Below, in pieces: positions 40,661-54,766 of a DNA stretch of 64,000 bases (position 1 is its first letter; the number at the start of each line of letters is the position of its first letter). The notes below the pieces were generated by a model. The model worked only from the letters and a program-made list of their open reading frames with translations, did no database searches and was not told where the DNA came from. Position numbers and translations under genes: made by a program. Source of the DNA: Harriotta raleighana (taxonomy: Eukaryota); assembly GCA_050575255.1 (NCBI GenBank), contig JBNZDD010013726.1, forward strand, positions 5,106,968-5,170,967, read 5' to 3'.

Positions 40661-41573
40661 CAGTCTTGCTGACGGTCAGCTGAAGACCATGCATCCCATC
40701 TACTCATGGAAATTCCAGAGATATTTCCTGATCAACATAGGTATAGAAAATCGTTCCAACAGAAATTTTTACATAATTTTACATATTGCCACTTCAGCCC
40801 AAAATTGCATCTCTTTTAGCTACATGTTCAGGCCTGAAACAAATAAATGAAGATAAATTTAGTGGTTATCCACTAAGATACTTTAAAGAATCTTTAGTCA
40901 GTGAAGCGTATTTCAAAATGGGCTTCAAAGTTTTTCAGTGTTAAAAATATTATTCCTATTGGAGGGCTTGAAGGTTATGGAATGGAATTGAAAGCATATC
41001 TTACTCTGAGAGCTGGTGATGCCCTCCCTCTGCCCTGTAAATGTCTGCAATTCAATGAAATCTGTCATTCCTACAAACCCTCAACTGCTGAGATTTGGCT
41101 ATGTATTTGAACACTGAAAATGTTTGAGTGCAGAGTGACCCATCAGTTCAATATTTAACACAAAATTTATAAACAATGTGTCATACTGCATTATGCAACA
41201 TAAATGGTTCTAAGAATATTAAACAGGTGTATTTTTCCCCCCCAAAAAAATCTGCAGTATCATATTTTAACATAAAATTTTCTATGTATTCTGGAGTGCA
41301 TGTGTTATATAATTCGATTTAAAAAAAAAAAAATCATCTCTAAATACAATACAGTCAGGTCATCTACACATGGCACATGTGAAACAAGTTTAAATGGAAG
41401 CATCGACCAGGGAGGAATTGATTGAATTCCTAAATGTTAGTCAGCTCCTAAACTGGAGACGTGCAGAACTGAGCGTTTACATGGATGTCACTGTTCATTC
41501 GTTGAATCCTGCAGGTAAAGCAATTGCACAGACACAAGGAAGGAAGTGACTGAACACTGGCTCATTCATTAGG

Positions 41574-41595
41574 TGGGGGGGGGGGGGGGGGGGGG
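41574..41595. repeat. Poly-G tract
   Basis: About 20 consecutive G. Confidence 0.9.
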
Positions 41596-42155
41596 TTCTT
41601 CCTCACAGCTACTTCTTTGAGATGTTTTCTTTTTTCTTAAAAATAAATGTGTGCACCTTTAGGAATATTCATACGAAAGGGCCACAGAAAAGCCAAACAG
41701 CATTATATTGTTGGCATACATTATTTTTCTCTCTCTCTCTCTCTCTCTACTGAGAAGCTAGCAAAGCAGCAGTCAGAACTGATAGAAATCAAAACTAAGC
41801 CCTGGAGATGATATACATGGCTTGCTGTAAACTTGCTAAATCTGCCACAATTTAAAATGCCTGTTTCGATTCTTGAGAGAGATGATAATAGCTGTATTTA
41901 TATATATATATATATATTTATATTTTGTGAATGGACTGCACTGGGAGGAGCAAATTGTCAGCAGAGATGATGTCAGAGGGACTCAATGAAATGCTGGGCT
42001 GGGCTGGAGGATGGACTGTAGCTACAACATGAGCTGGATTATTGTCAGGCTGGACAGACAGACTCGAGCAAATCATAGGCTGCTGACGAAATCAGTGTTC
42101 CCACCAGACTTAGGTCATGAATAAACTCTAATCTTGGGGATGTACGTAAATGCAG

Positions 42156-42156
<1 letters not shown>

Positions 42157-42195
<39 letters not shown>

Positions 42196-42219
42196 CCCCC
42201 CCCCCCCCCCCCCCCCNCC
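42157..42219. repeat. Poly-C tract with an ambiguous base (assembly-uncertain)
   Basis: About 60 C interrupted by one g and one n. Confidence 0.9.
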
Positions 42220-42404
42220 ACCCAGTCAGCCACACAAACACACACATGTTAGTGATTCCAAAATAGATGGCTTTAAATTCTGCTGGTCGGGGGTTGTTGT
42301 TATTGAATGCTTCTGGGGCTGAACGAATAGGACGAAGGCTGTGGGCACTGAAGGCTGTTGTGTTAACGTTGTGTTGTTGCATGATGTTCTGCTTTTGTCT
42401 GCAG

Positions 42405-42552
42405 AACTCCTTAATGAAGCTCCAAACCCTGGAAGTTGACGTATGCTCAGCATTTGCACCGAACCAAGAGGAAGGTCCCTCAGCTCAGTGCAACAAGGAA
42501 CTCATCTCTCGATTAGCTTGTAATGGATTAGCTGATGAAGGGAGCAATGGGG
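42405..42552 (+). CDS. FAM13C: FAM13C exon, 148 nt; possibly an alternative first exon from ATG 42381/42384
   Basis: ttttgtctgcag|AAC TCC...AAT GGG G|gtaagt; NSLMKLQTLEVDVCSAFAPNQEEGPSAQCNKELISRLACNGLADEGSNG; the phase-1 end forms the E of EPIPAF with the next exon. Confidence 0.75.
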
Positions 42553-44042
42553 GTAAGTATACTCTTTATGATATTATTCTCTGCCCACATTTATATATAT
42601 ATATATATATATATATGTTTCTGATTCATTTTCGTCGAAGAAAACACAAGTGGGATCCATCATTTTCCATTTATTTTGATGTAATGTGAAGCTACCAAGA
42701 CTGTCTGCTTGGTGACAACATTTTAGCTAATCCTTTTTTGTTACGCATAGCAATCGTTCTGTGTTTTGATTAATGAGTCTATTCGACATGAGAAATAACA
42801 CTTGTGTGTGCATTTATTTCATTTTTATTTTGTCAGAACACTGCACCATTATTTTCCCTATAATTGATTTCAAATTAATGCATCAGCAAAGAGATAGTGA
42901 TGGTGAGTACATTCAATTGGTTTGTGCTTTTATTTGAACGCCAATTTTTACACCTGAATCCACCTCATTATTATTACCCCTTATATGCTTGCTCCAACCA
43001 ATTAATATTGTTTCTGAAGGCATCTTATTTTAATGAATTATCCAGCACTAAACCCACATTGCTAAATTATAATGTAAATGAGTGTGTAGATATATATATA
43101 TATATATGTGTGTCTGTGTGTTTGTATGAGAAAAAATTTGTGTGAGGTTCCTTTGATTCAGTATTAATATTGCTGATATAGGGACTATACACCTATTGCA
43201 AAAATATGTTACAGAAGTTCAAAGAAATGCATTTAATAGCAGAATTTTAAATTGCACATGTTTTAAAAACAAATAATTTTCAGCTATTACTGTGCATTAT
43301 TTAACCCTAACCTTCACTATCACGTGGGAAGCTTGACATTTTCTAACGGTGGAAAAAAGCAACTGGAAGGAGGACAACTGGATTGGATTTCAAAGCTGTG
43401 ATAGTAATTACCCAAAACATAATGTGTTTATTGAATATAATTGGTTATCAAAGCTATTCAAAAGTCACCGAGCATCAAAATGTTTGCAGAGACCTGCTTA
43501 GTGTTGCCACCCAGCCGTGAAATGTAAGCATTTTAATACATTGTTTTATTCGCATACGAACCAATATTCTGCATTGAGTTTCCATGCTTTAAAGTCCTCT
43601 AGAATATATATACTGTATATAATATATGTAGCTTTAATTTTATTTCTGCTAGTTGGTTGTGTTTCGTTTAACACTGTCGTACACAAAGGTGGGGACAAAG
43701 AGTTTGACCATGTTAAATCCATTCAGTCATTTCTAGCACTAGAAATTATTTTGATCATTAAAAAAGAAAGCATCAAATAACCAGTCGAAAGGAAGTGCAA
43801 AAACATAACATAATGAACAGAGTTGCTATATGTGGCTGTCATTTCCTTTCGCAAGCTCTTTAGATTCAGTATATCTAAAAATAACCTGGTGCATTGGCAA
43901 CATCCTTAAGGCTGCCCTGAAATATTGCAGAATGGGCATCTGGCATTTTGTGTTCTTCAGAAAGTGCTTTTCTACGGAAAAGTATGATCTTTTGTCTACA
44001 ACACTTACAACTCAATTGATTTTTTAAAAATGGACATGGTGT

Positions 44043-44350
44043 GGAGTCTTATAGCTCAGTGGGTTACAGCACTCACCTTGCAAGCATCTGGGTTTGATTC
44101 CAGGCAGGGCGAAACCTTGGGCAAGTTTCCTTACTTCACACGACTGATAATAATTCTTTTAAAAAAATAAAAAAAATTGGTCATTTTAATCCACGACTGT
44201 TTGTGGGACACTGCTGTGTACAATTGGCTGCCATGTTTTACCTACAAAATATACAGTCAATTCATTTTGCAGTGTATTCTGTGAAGCATTTGAGACGTCT
44301 AGAAGACATGAGAAGTTCTATATCAAATGCAAGAATTATTATTATTATTA
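44043..44350 (+). mobile_element. Full-length tRNA-derived SINE with L2-like tail and (TTA)n end
   Basis: A-box-like tagctcagtggg, B-box-like ggtttgattcc, body tgtgggacactgctgtgtacaattggctgcc, tail tatatcaaatgcaagaattattattattatta. Confidence 0.85.
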
Positions 44351-44487
44351 TATCCCCTGACTTCTTCAATGAACTTGCAATTATTGTGTGGACAGTTTAT
44401 ATAGTACATGGAAGATAATATTACTTTTATTATTCTTCTAGGAAAGTTGCATAGTTTTTATTGATGTAAGAAAAAACCAGCACTTGA

Positions 44488-44727
<240 letters not shown>

Positions 44728-45529
44728 TAAGATGGACTTTTAACTATTTTTTTGTTTTTCACAAGAAGGCAAAGTTACCAAGGAAATCGATTTAAAACTA
44801 GAATTGCTTATTTATTGGTGAGACCTACACACCCATGGTCTCTTCCATGGAAAAATATGCTCATCCGAAATGGAAAGTTTTTTTTATTGGGTGTCACCTT
44901 CAATAATTGCCGCTCCATTAAAGCATTATAGTATATTTGAAAGGATTTTTGTCACAAGCAGAAATGCTGACCTGAATTTTCCCAAATCTGTTTCCTATTA
45001 CAGTACTGTAATTTGTTTGCCTGTGCTGTGGACCACTGATGGATTTTTCCCATTATCAACAACAACAAAATTACATTTGTATTGCGCTTTCAAGATGGCA
45101 GAACTTTCCAAGGCGCTGAAAGTTTATCACCTTTGACGTTTAACTTTGAGAATTAAGTATATTTTACTTGGGGTTAAACTTATGTTGTGCAACAGTGCAG
45201 ACAATATGTATTTGCCTATAATTTATCTAAATGTATATCCTTGAATTAAATGTATTAAATTGCAGTATTATAACTGGAGTGTACACAGTATTATACAGTA
45301 TATGAATATAGTTGTGTATCTTTATTTGTCCTCACTAATTTGCCCCTTCTCCAAAACTATTTGTATGCATTTTTCTTCTACTGTGTATATGACACATCAC
45401 CAAAATGACCATTATTTGTGTGTCATCCAACGCACTAAATGTTGGCTTGGGAATATTTGGTGTTGTGTTTAAACTCAGGTAATGGTGAAAGAAAACCAGA
45501 AATTGGTAACAGAAACTCAAAAGAGCGAT

Positions 45530-45915
45530 ACAATTGTCATTTATACAGCATCTTTCACATTGGGAGGATTTTTCACAGTTCTTGATACTACTGGCTGGGC
45601 ATCAAGCTGGGGGCAGGCTGAGGGCAAGTAGGGATAAAATGACCAAAACCATAGTCCACCTTGTCAATTTTGAGGCAGTCCTTGGATACGGAGAGGGAGG
45701 GAACAAGTCTGAGGGGGTCGGGGAAGGGTTCCAGAGCAGGGGTAGAATGTTGAAAGGATGTTCATTGATGATGGGACAGAGAATGCCGGGAAACACGACG
45801 CAGGGCAGGCCAGTGTTCGCTAAGTGAAGGGAACGGAAGAGTTGAGGTCACAGGTAGAGTGAGGTGAGGCTGTGGAAGGATTTAAAGGTGACAACAAGGA
45901 TCCTGAATTCAAAGT
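45530..45915 (-). mobile_element. L2 LINE 3' fragment
   Basis: catttatacagcatctttcacattgggagga reversed terminus plus purine-rich body. Confidence 0.6.
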
Positions 45916-45973
45916 GTTAAGACTCGAAAGATATTTGCAATATTGTCACAACTGTTGAGTTGGCGTGTTTTAA

Positions 45974-46180
<207 letters not shown>

Positions 46181-46329
46181 TAGATTGTCAGCAGCTTTAC
46201 ACAGATGTTCTCTTGACCAGAATACTTCTGCATGCATTCAGCTCACAACCTGATGCTGAAAAAAATATTATGAGAATAGTAAGGATACACAATATAGATG
46301 TAGCACTGTCGTGTTACCTCCTAAACAAC

Positions 46330-47058
46330 TAGTTAACCCTTGTCGATCGCGGGGATTACGTTCCTGGAAAGCTGCGCACTCGATAAAATCGTGTTGGCTA
46401 AGCTTAATAAGTAATGGTAAAAGGGAGGTTTAGGGGAATCCAGTCACAGGATACCCACCTCAAGCTGCAGAGAGCAGAGAGCCGGTCGGGGGCAGGGGGA
46501 GCAGAGAGCCGTTCGGGGCTAGGGGTAGAGAGCCACTCAGGAGCGGGCTGGGGGGGGGGAGGGAGTAGAGAGCCACTCAGGGATGGGGATGGTGGGGGAG
46601 CAGAGAGCCATAAGTTTACTTAAAAAGTAAAGCTTTTTATTGCTTTACTGCTTTGTTATCGCTTTATTGCTGGGTAACAAAGCAGTAAAGCAATAAAAAG
46701 AAAGCAATAAAACAATAGCTAGGCTACATTACTGTTCTCTCTCTCTCTCTGTCTCTTCTGTTATCGAAAACTTATCCAATGATGCATGCGCACGGGGCCA
46801 GCTAGCCGAGAAATCATCGGCTTTAGTCGGGATCTGCCGGCCTCATCAAAAGTGCGCATGCGTGCGGGACCAACCAGCTGAGGGATCATCGGATTTAGTC
46901 GGGAGCGGTCAGCATCCTCACACGAGTGCATGCGCGCAGGGGCCAGCCAGTGCGTATACATAAGTTTTACGCACGCTGCACAAAAAAGTGATGCTTTTAT
47001 TTCATCGTGTATACTTGAATTCGCAATCGATAAAGTCATGTTCGACGAGAGTTAACTG
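46330..47058. mobile_element. Non-autonomous DNA transposon (probably Tigger-like) with internal repeats and a hairpin
   Basis: Imperfect TIRs agttaacccttgtcga and tcgacgagagttaact; internal gcagagagcc-G-rich repeats and about 70-nt repeats; TSD not preserved. Confidence 0.7.
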
Positions 47059-47506
47059 GGTACAAAAACAAAACACAATTTTGATTGTAATTGTTTTGAA
47101 TCAAGTTTACAAATGCTCATTTTGCCATCATCTTTTTCTATGAATTTTCTCTTTTTCCCTAATCTGCGTCATTTTTAAATTGGAACTTTATTTTCTATCA
47201 TTCCCAAACTTATGTCTAACATTGAAGCCTCCCACATATTTTTCCTTTCCTTCCATTTCAAATATTCACTTCTGCTGTAGATCCAGACAGTTTTATTTTG
47301 TATGTGAGGTACCATGTAACGGTATGTAACAATCAACAACTGCTGCTTCAAAACTGCATAAGATTTTGAAATAATTAGAATTCATTAAACCGGAAAAACT
47401 CATCCAAGACGTTTCTTGAATTTATATTACAGAAACATCTTGTTTTTAATATTCGAAAATCATTTACAATAAAGGATAAGATAAATTCAATTTGTTTGGT
47501 TTTTAG

Positions 47507-47602
<96 letters not shown>

Positions 47603-47892
47603 TAAATAATAATCTTTGCCTTATCATCGTATGAAAATGCTTCATAAGACTTACTGTAAAGTGACTGGGTATTTGCAGCTGTAATATTCACATTTGTTAT
47701 CAAATTATGCATCAAAGTTTATTAATTGTTAATAATTATTTTCAGTTGCAAAATCTGACAAGTTCATAACAACCATGAAACACAACATTTTATGCCCAGT
47801 TAAAACCAAGTAAATTCCTGTAGTAATTATTTTTCTGTTGCTTGTGTTATAATTTGTGGCTAATAGTTTGTTTCATGCTTCTTGTTTCGTAG

Positions 47893-48101
47893 AGTTGAAA
47901 CTGAAAATTTCAGAGGAGGAGAATAATACCAGTCACGGACATTGCAATAGTCTGTTTCCTGTACCTTCCAGACAGGATAAAGAGAACAAACACTGTGAAG
48001 CAGCAGAACAACAGCAGAAGACTGCTGAAGAAACTGTAGAAATTGTAATGAAAACGTTGAAGGAGAAACATGAAATTCTTGGTCTTCCAGAGAACATTAA
48101 G
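47893..48101 (+). CDS. FAM13C: FAM13C exon, 209 nt
   Basis: tcgtag|AG TTG AAA...ATT AAG|gtact; ELKLKISEEE...EETVEIVMKTLKEKHEILGLPENIK. Confidence 0.94.
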
Positions 48102-48260
48102 GTACTTATTAACACTGTCAGCTTTCTGTTTCAATTACAGACATTTTGAATTATAATTCACTAATGCTTTTAGCAAAGTACACTTTTTTAAAAACAGTTT
48201 CACGAATAATTTAAGACCTAATTAAACCATCATTATTAGTACAATTCCTATTTTGTACAG

Positions 48261-48345
48261 GAAGTGACACAAACGTAGCTAGGGGTTAGGTAAGGTCAAC
48301 ATGCAAAGATATCTATTGCATTTTGAAACTATATATGGATGACCA
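48261..48345 (+). pseudogene. Decayed (fossil) FAM13 exon inside a FAM13C intron
   Basis: ttttgtacag acceptor, then EVTQT*LGVR(+1 nt)KVNMQRYLLHFETIYG*P followed by ct instead of gt; aligns with recalled FAM13A [28 protein letters not shown]. Confidence 0.8.
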
Positions 48346-48984
48346 CTATATGAATATGCACAACTAGATTTTGAAATTCATACTGACTAATAGATACAAG
48401 TAGTAATCTCCCAAATGGGCTCAAATGATAATGTAAACTAACAGCAATCTAGAATCATCAACAGAGGTACAATTATAGCCTTGAAATCACTCAAGGATAT
48501 TTCAATTGAGCATTTTTTGTGGATATAAGAGTGCAGGATACTCACAAGTCAAGGATGATTGGGATTATTCTTTGCTGCATATTTCTATGTACTATATGTA
48601 TGTTTCATATGTGGTACATATTTCCTTTGTACAGTATGTTTCATTTTAAGTATGCATCGATAAACAATGGAGCAGAATAGACCTGAAGCTTTTTCAAAAC
48701 AATAGAAACATTTATTCCAGCAGTTTTTCTTCTAAACTAAAACTCAGTCATATAGCACATCATATCACACTGCACTTCACCAATCACCTCACCATGTACA
48801 GTACTGATAAATCTGAGGTACTGGTTGTGAATCTTCAAGTCGCAACAATGGTAAAGTTGCCAATTACTGTAGTGATCATTTTTTGAAAACCTCAAAATAA
48901 TTTAGATACAGGAAAACTGTGAGATCTTAGTTGAACTGTCCCATTGCACAATAGCAAAATTATTTTTTGTGTTTGCTTGGATAG

Positions 48985-49098
<114 letters not shown>

Positions 49099-49330
49099 TA
49101 ATGTGCTTAAACGGGAGCAGACATTGTTTGTAGAAAATAAACACACAGCACATTATAGCTCTATAGGAATAGACCAGCCCTATAGAATTTAAGAGCTTTA
49201 TGTATCAACAAATAACCGCTATATTATAAATGGAATGAACACATTAAACTAAATGGAGTTACTGTTTAGTATATTTGATTAAGTAGTTACTAGTATAACA
49301 TTTTAACTTATTTTATTGTACTGCATATAG

Positions 49331-49536
49331 GAAGAAGAAGAGTCTGATGAGGAAGCTGTCCACAGAAATTCTGAAACATCTTCTACACCTATGGCAGGCT
49401 TTCCTTTCCCAAAATATGTAGATGACATAGATTATGGAGATGAAGATCACACACCTGAATTTGTCTCTCCTTTGGATGAAAAGAAAGCTGTTAGGAAACC
49501 AACTACTTCCATGTCTAATCTTCATGAAGCTTCCAC
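49331..49536 (+). CDS. FAM13C: FAM13C exon, 206 nt
   Basis: tatag|GAA GAA...TCC AC|gtaag; EEEESDEE...FVSPLDEKKAVRKPTTSMSNLHEAS. Confidence 0.94.
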
Positions 49537-50405
49537 GTAAGCTTTTAAAAATTGTAGAAACGTGTATGCAAACATTTAAAGCAGTTTTTGGTCATCAGAA
49601 AGCTGAATGAAACCTCTTGCTATGCTTAGTAGGCATGACGTTAACACCTGGAAAATTACAAAATCAAAGTTTGAGAACATAGTCTCTTCTATTAGTTTAT
49701 ATCTAGGGAATACAGCTAAGGATTGGCAGGTCAAGACAACAGGAATTTAAAAATGTATGGCTTTGTAGCAGTAATTCTATCAATAACATTGAGGAATATA
49801 ATATGTGTGACTTACAATTCCGGTGTGCCATCACATTAGCTTAAATAATTTTCACTGAATTTACACGGTGGAGAATTTACTGTTCAAGGTGTAGATTGAT
49901 GCTCAATGATGCATAAATTTCTTAAATTTAGCCATACTATCAGAGCATTATTTAGTAGAAAACTGCTGTTTCTTTAAGAAGGAAAAAAGAGATGCAAAGT
50001 TCATTTTTCATGGCACTTTTGCAAACCTCTCAATAGCTGCTTACAAGTTGGAAGAAACTTGGGTAGATTGTTGCTTCCTTGTTTCTACTTCCCGTGGTTG
50101 GGATTTTGTCTTTGAATAACCTAAAAGACACAAATAGTGAAATTATTTTGTACGTTTTATGAAGAAATATGATGAAAAGTCAAAATCCCAGCACAAAACC
50201 TTGAAGCACTCTATCCTTGAATTGACCGACTCAAGAATGCAACATTTTCCCCTGAAATCAATTTTATTTTGGCAATATATGGGCAATTATAATATTAATT
50301 CTTGTATTTGATATTGCATCTTATCATGTCTTCAAGACGTCTCAAAGTGCTTCACAGAATATTCTGTAATATGAATTGTCTGTATTTTATAGTTCATAAA
50401 TTTAA

Positions 50406-50561
<156 letters not shown>

Positions 50562-51041
50562 TGAGCTTTGAGCAAAACAAAAGGGTGGTAAAGGAAGGAA
50601 AGATCCATCAATTGTGCACACTTTTTCCAATATAGATTTCACCCAGCCATTATCTTGTAAAAATGTATTGTACAGATACTACCTAAACAACCTTCCCTAA
50701 ACAATCAGTGAAAAATACAGAATATTTATTCGTCTCCTAAATTTAAGTCTACAATTGTTCTCTCCTTAAGTCTCTGATGCTTTTTTGAAAGAGACATTTT
50801 CAGTTTATGATATCAGAAAGAAGAGTGACTCAAAGTTACTCAAATTTCAGGGGTCCAAAATGTCTGCAAAACTAAATGGAATTGAGCTGGGCGCATCCAG
50901 TTCATCTCACAGAACACCGAGTAAGGCCCCAGATAAAGTGGGTCCACGGGAAGGAAGCAAAAGTTCTTTGTGAGAGGTGAAATAAAGTGTTGGTTATTTT
51001 CTTGTTATATAGATGGAGAATGTACTTTGAATACCCTCAGA

Positions 51042-51859
<818 letters not shown>

Positions 51860-53670
51860 GGAACCTTATGTTGGAAAATCGTGTTCTTGCAACAACTAGA
51901 AGAAATGACTCAAGTTATTTGATATTTCATCTTAATATTTGTGCCATATAAACACTTGGTTGCACTTTATCAGTGAACTCTGCATATTCTAATAGTGGCA
52001 GTAAGAATAAGGGTTGCTGAACTTCTAATCAAAGTCACTATCATTACATAACAAAAAAAGTACAAGATATACTTTTAACAATAGTTTTGTGTAGGTAATT
52101 ATGAGGATTTGATGGAGACTTATCTGAATAATGATAATTGCTAATTAGAATTAAGTGCAATGATTTATTGTCAGGGTGGGGGTGGGAGAGAAATATTTAC
52201 TGATATTTTTCATGTGAGACACCATAGCACTTTAAATGTTTTTATTGTGGATTGAAAAGAGTTAATCACTTATAACTGAAGTCATTCCAAAAGCATTTGT
52301 ATGTTTTTTTGCCATCCATGCAATGTATATTTTTAGTTGCTAGCACATTATAGATGTGGACTGCAATTAATGGAACTTTAAAAATATTCATTTACTGTTA
52401 TTTGACCAGGAAAATGGAACAAATGACCCTTGAAATATTTAATTGTTTATGATATAATTATTTTGAGTTTTATGTAAATTGTATTTCTTAATTTGTATTT
52501 AATAGAATTTATATTAAGCATATTTTTAGTAAATCCTCTAAAAAGTTAGTTGTAATTTTTAGTAATTCAGACCATTCATATGTTTAATATTCTAATAACA
52601 ATGATATTCTAGTGACTTGACCATCACAATGTGATATTGTAAAACATTCTGCGATCATTTTTAGACATGTTGTTAGTGTTGTTCCAACTGGTTCTTGCTG
52701 GATTAATATGTCACTCAAGTATGGCAGCACTGCCTATGCAACACTGACATATTGAGGCTCTTATATGAACTCCCATAGCACTCAATTACCTTTACTGAAA
52801 TGTCGTGATATTATGCTATTATTGTCTTTATTTTTAGAAAAGGTAAAATTGGTGCCCTTTTCAGTCCATTTATTTTTCGATACACGTTTACAGTTGAATT
52901 ATCAGGTTCAGTTATTTGCCATGATAAAGTGCACAGCTAAATAATTACACAATACTAGTTTGCCACAAGTATAATTGAATCTAAATCTAAACTTATCCAT
53001 AAAACTAATATGACTTGGAATGGACACTGAATTTCGTCACTTCATTCAGTTATATTTTTAACTGTGCTCAAATGAAGCAAGGCAAATCTATCTTCATAAT
53101 GTGATATTTTGTTAAAAATTATATTGGCAGTGAAGATTAAACTCAGGTTGTGCAATCTGTGCCACCTTATAACATTTCTAAATTGGTGTTCCTAATTTAA
53201 TTCATACACCAAATTACAACCAAATTTGTAAGAAATATTTAAATGCAGTTCTTGACAAAAGGGCAGTTTTTGACTGAACTAGTGAATTTTTCTGAATGAT
53301 TTTATAAATGTTGTGTTTTTCTAGCAAAAGTTTTTTGTTGGAAATATTCTAAAAAGCCGTTACTTTCTCAACAACTAAGTGCATGCCTTTTGAAATGAAT
53401 TAGAAGCTTCTGTTTGATTAAGACAAATTATGCCAGCACTTTATATTTCTTTGTATGAAGCTATCTATCATCCAATATTGTGGCATTGTGAGAAAGAATA
53501 TGGTTGACCGTTCATTTAAAAAGATTAATGTTGGAATGTAATTTAGTGTGTACGATAGTGAGGCTGCATTTTCCGATTTGATTTTTTAGCCATATGATTT
53601 CATATCATTGTTAAATTGCTAACAAATGTACTTCATCATACAGTGCAATGTAAATATTTTGAACAGTACA

Positions 53671-53676
53671 AATAAA
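53671..53676 (+). terminator. Candidate FAM13C poly(A) signal AATAAA
   Basis: Canonical hexamer about 1.8 kb after the stop, followed by T-rich sequence. Confidence 0.55.
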
Positions 53677-53696
53677 TATTTTTCTATTGTATTACA

Positions 53697-53702
53697 TTTA
53701 TT
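53697..53702 (-). terminator. Candidate PHYHIPL poly(A) signal (TTTATT on +)
   Basis: Canonical hexamer about 520 nt downstream of the PHYHIPL stop on the minus strand. Confidence 0.55.
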
Positions 53703-54223
53703 TTGTTCAAATACAGCATCATTTGTAATGTTTTCCATTAACTACAGTTATCATAAATAACATGTAAACACAGTTAATTAACAACTTGGAAGTGTTGAAA
53801 TCTGTATTTCTAATCTGCCAGATATGGTCATGCTGCAAGTATAACTTTCATGCTTTTTTTCAATTGGTCCAGTAATATTTTGTTTTGGTTAAAGATTTGT
53901 GTTTTAGAACACTACAAAATAAGATGGCTTCTTTGCTTTGCAAAAGCTCATTCGTATCTTTTGTTCAGCAAAGCAAGACTATAGTTCTTAAAACAGAAAG
54001 TTCTGATCAGTAGCTTTGCTATCTGACTTGGCAGCGATTTTTCCAAATATCTCACAAAAAGAAACAGACACCAACATACTCTGTAAAACAAAATGTTTTA
54101 TATAAACGAGTTAGCTGATTACTACTTGCGGAAAGCTGCATTAGCGTGCTTTTAAGAAAAAAAAAAATTGAATAACATGAAATACAATGTCAATGTGGAG
54201 ATTTAAGTTACTCAATTAACAGC

Positions 54224-54766
<543 letters not shown>

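Noticed and set aside
39400-40850. Dense overlapping ORFs on both strands (also 62558-63441)
   Set aside because: By-product of GC-richer degenerate L2/SINE sequence
42045-42382. Poly-Gly and poly-Pro ORFs
   Set aside because: Translations of a poly-C tract containing an N
44043-44115. tRNA-like sequence (also at 51042, 12130-12199 and 23465)
   Set aside because: A/B-box-like motifs run into SINE body and tail; no intact cloverleaf
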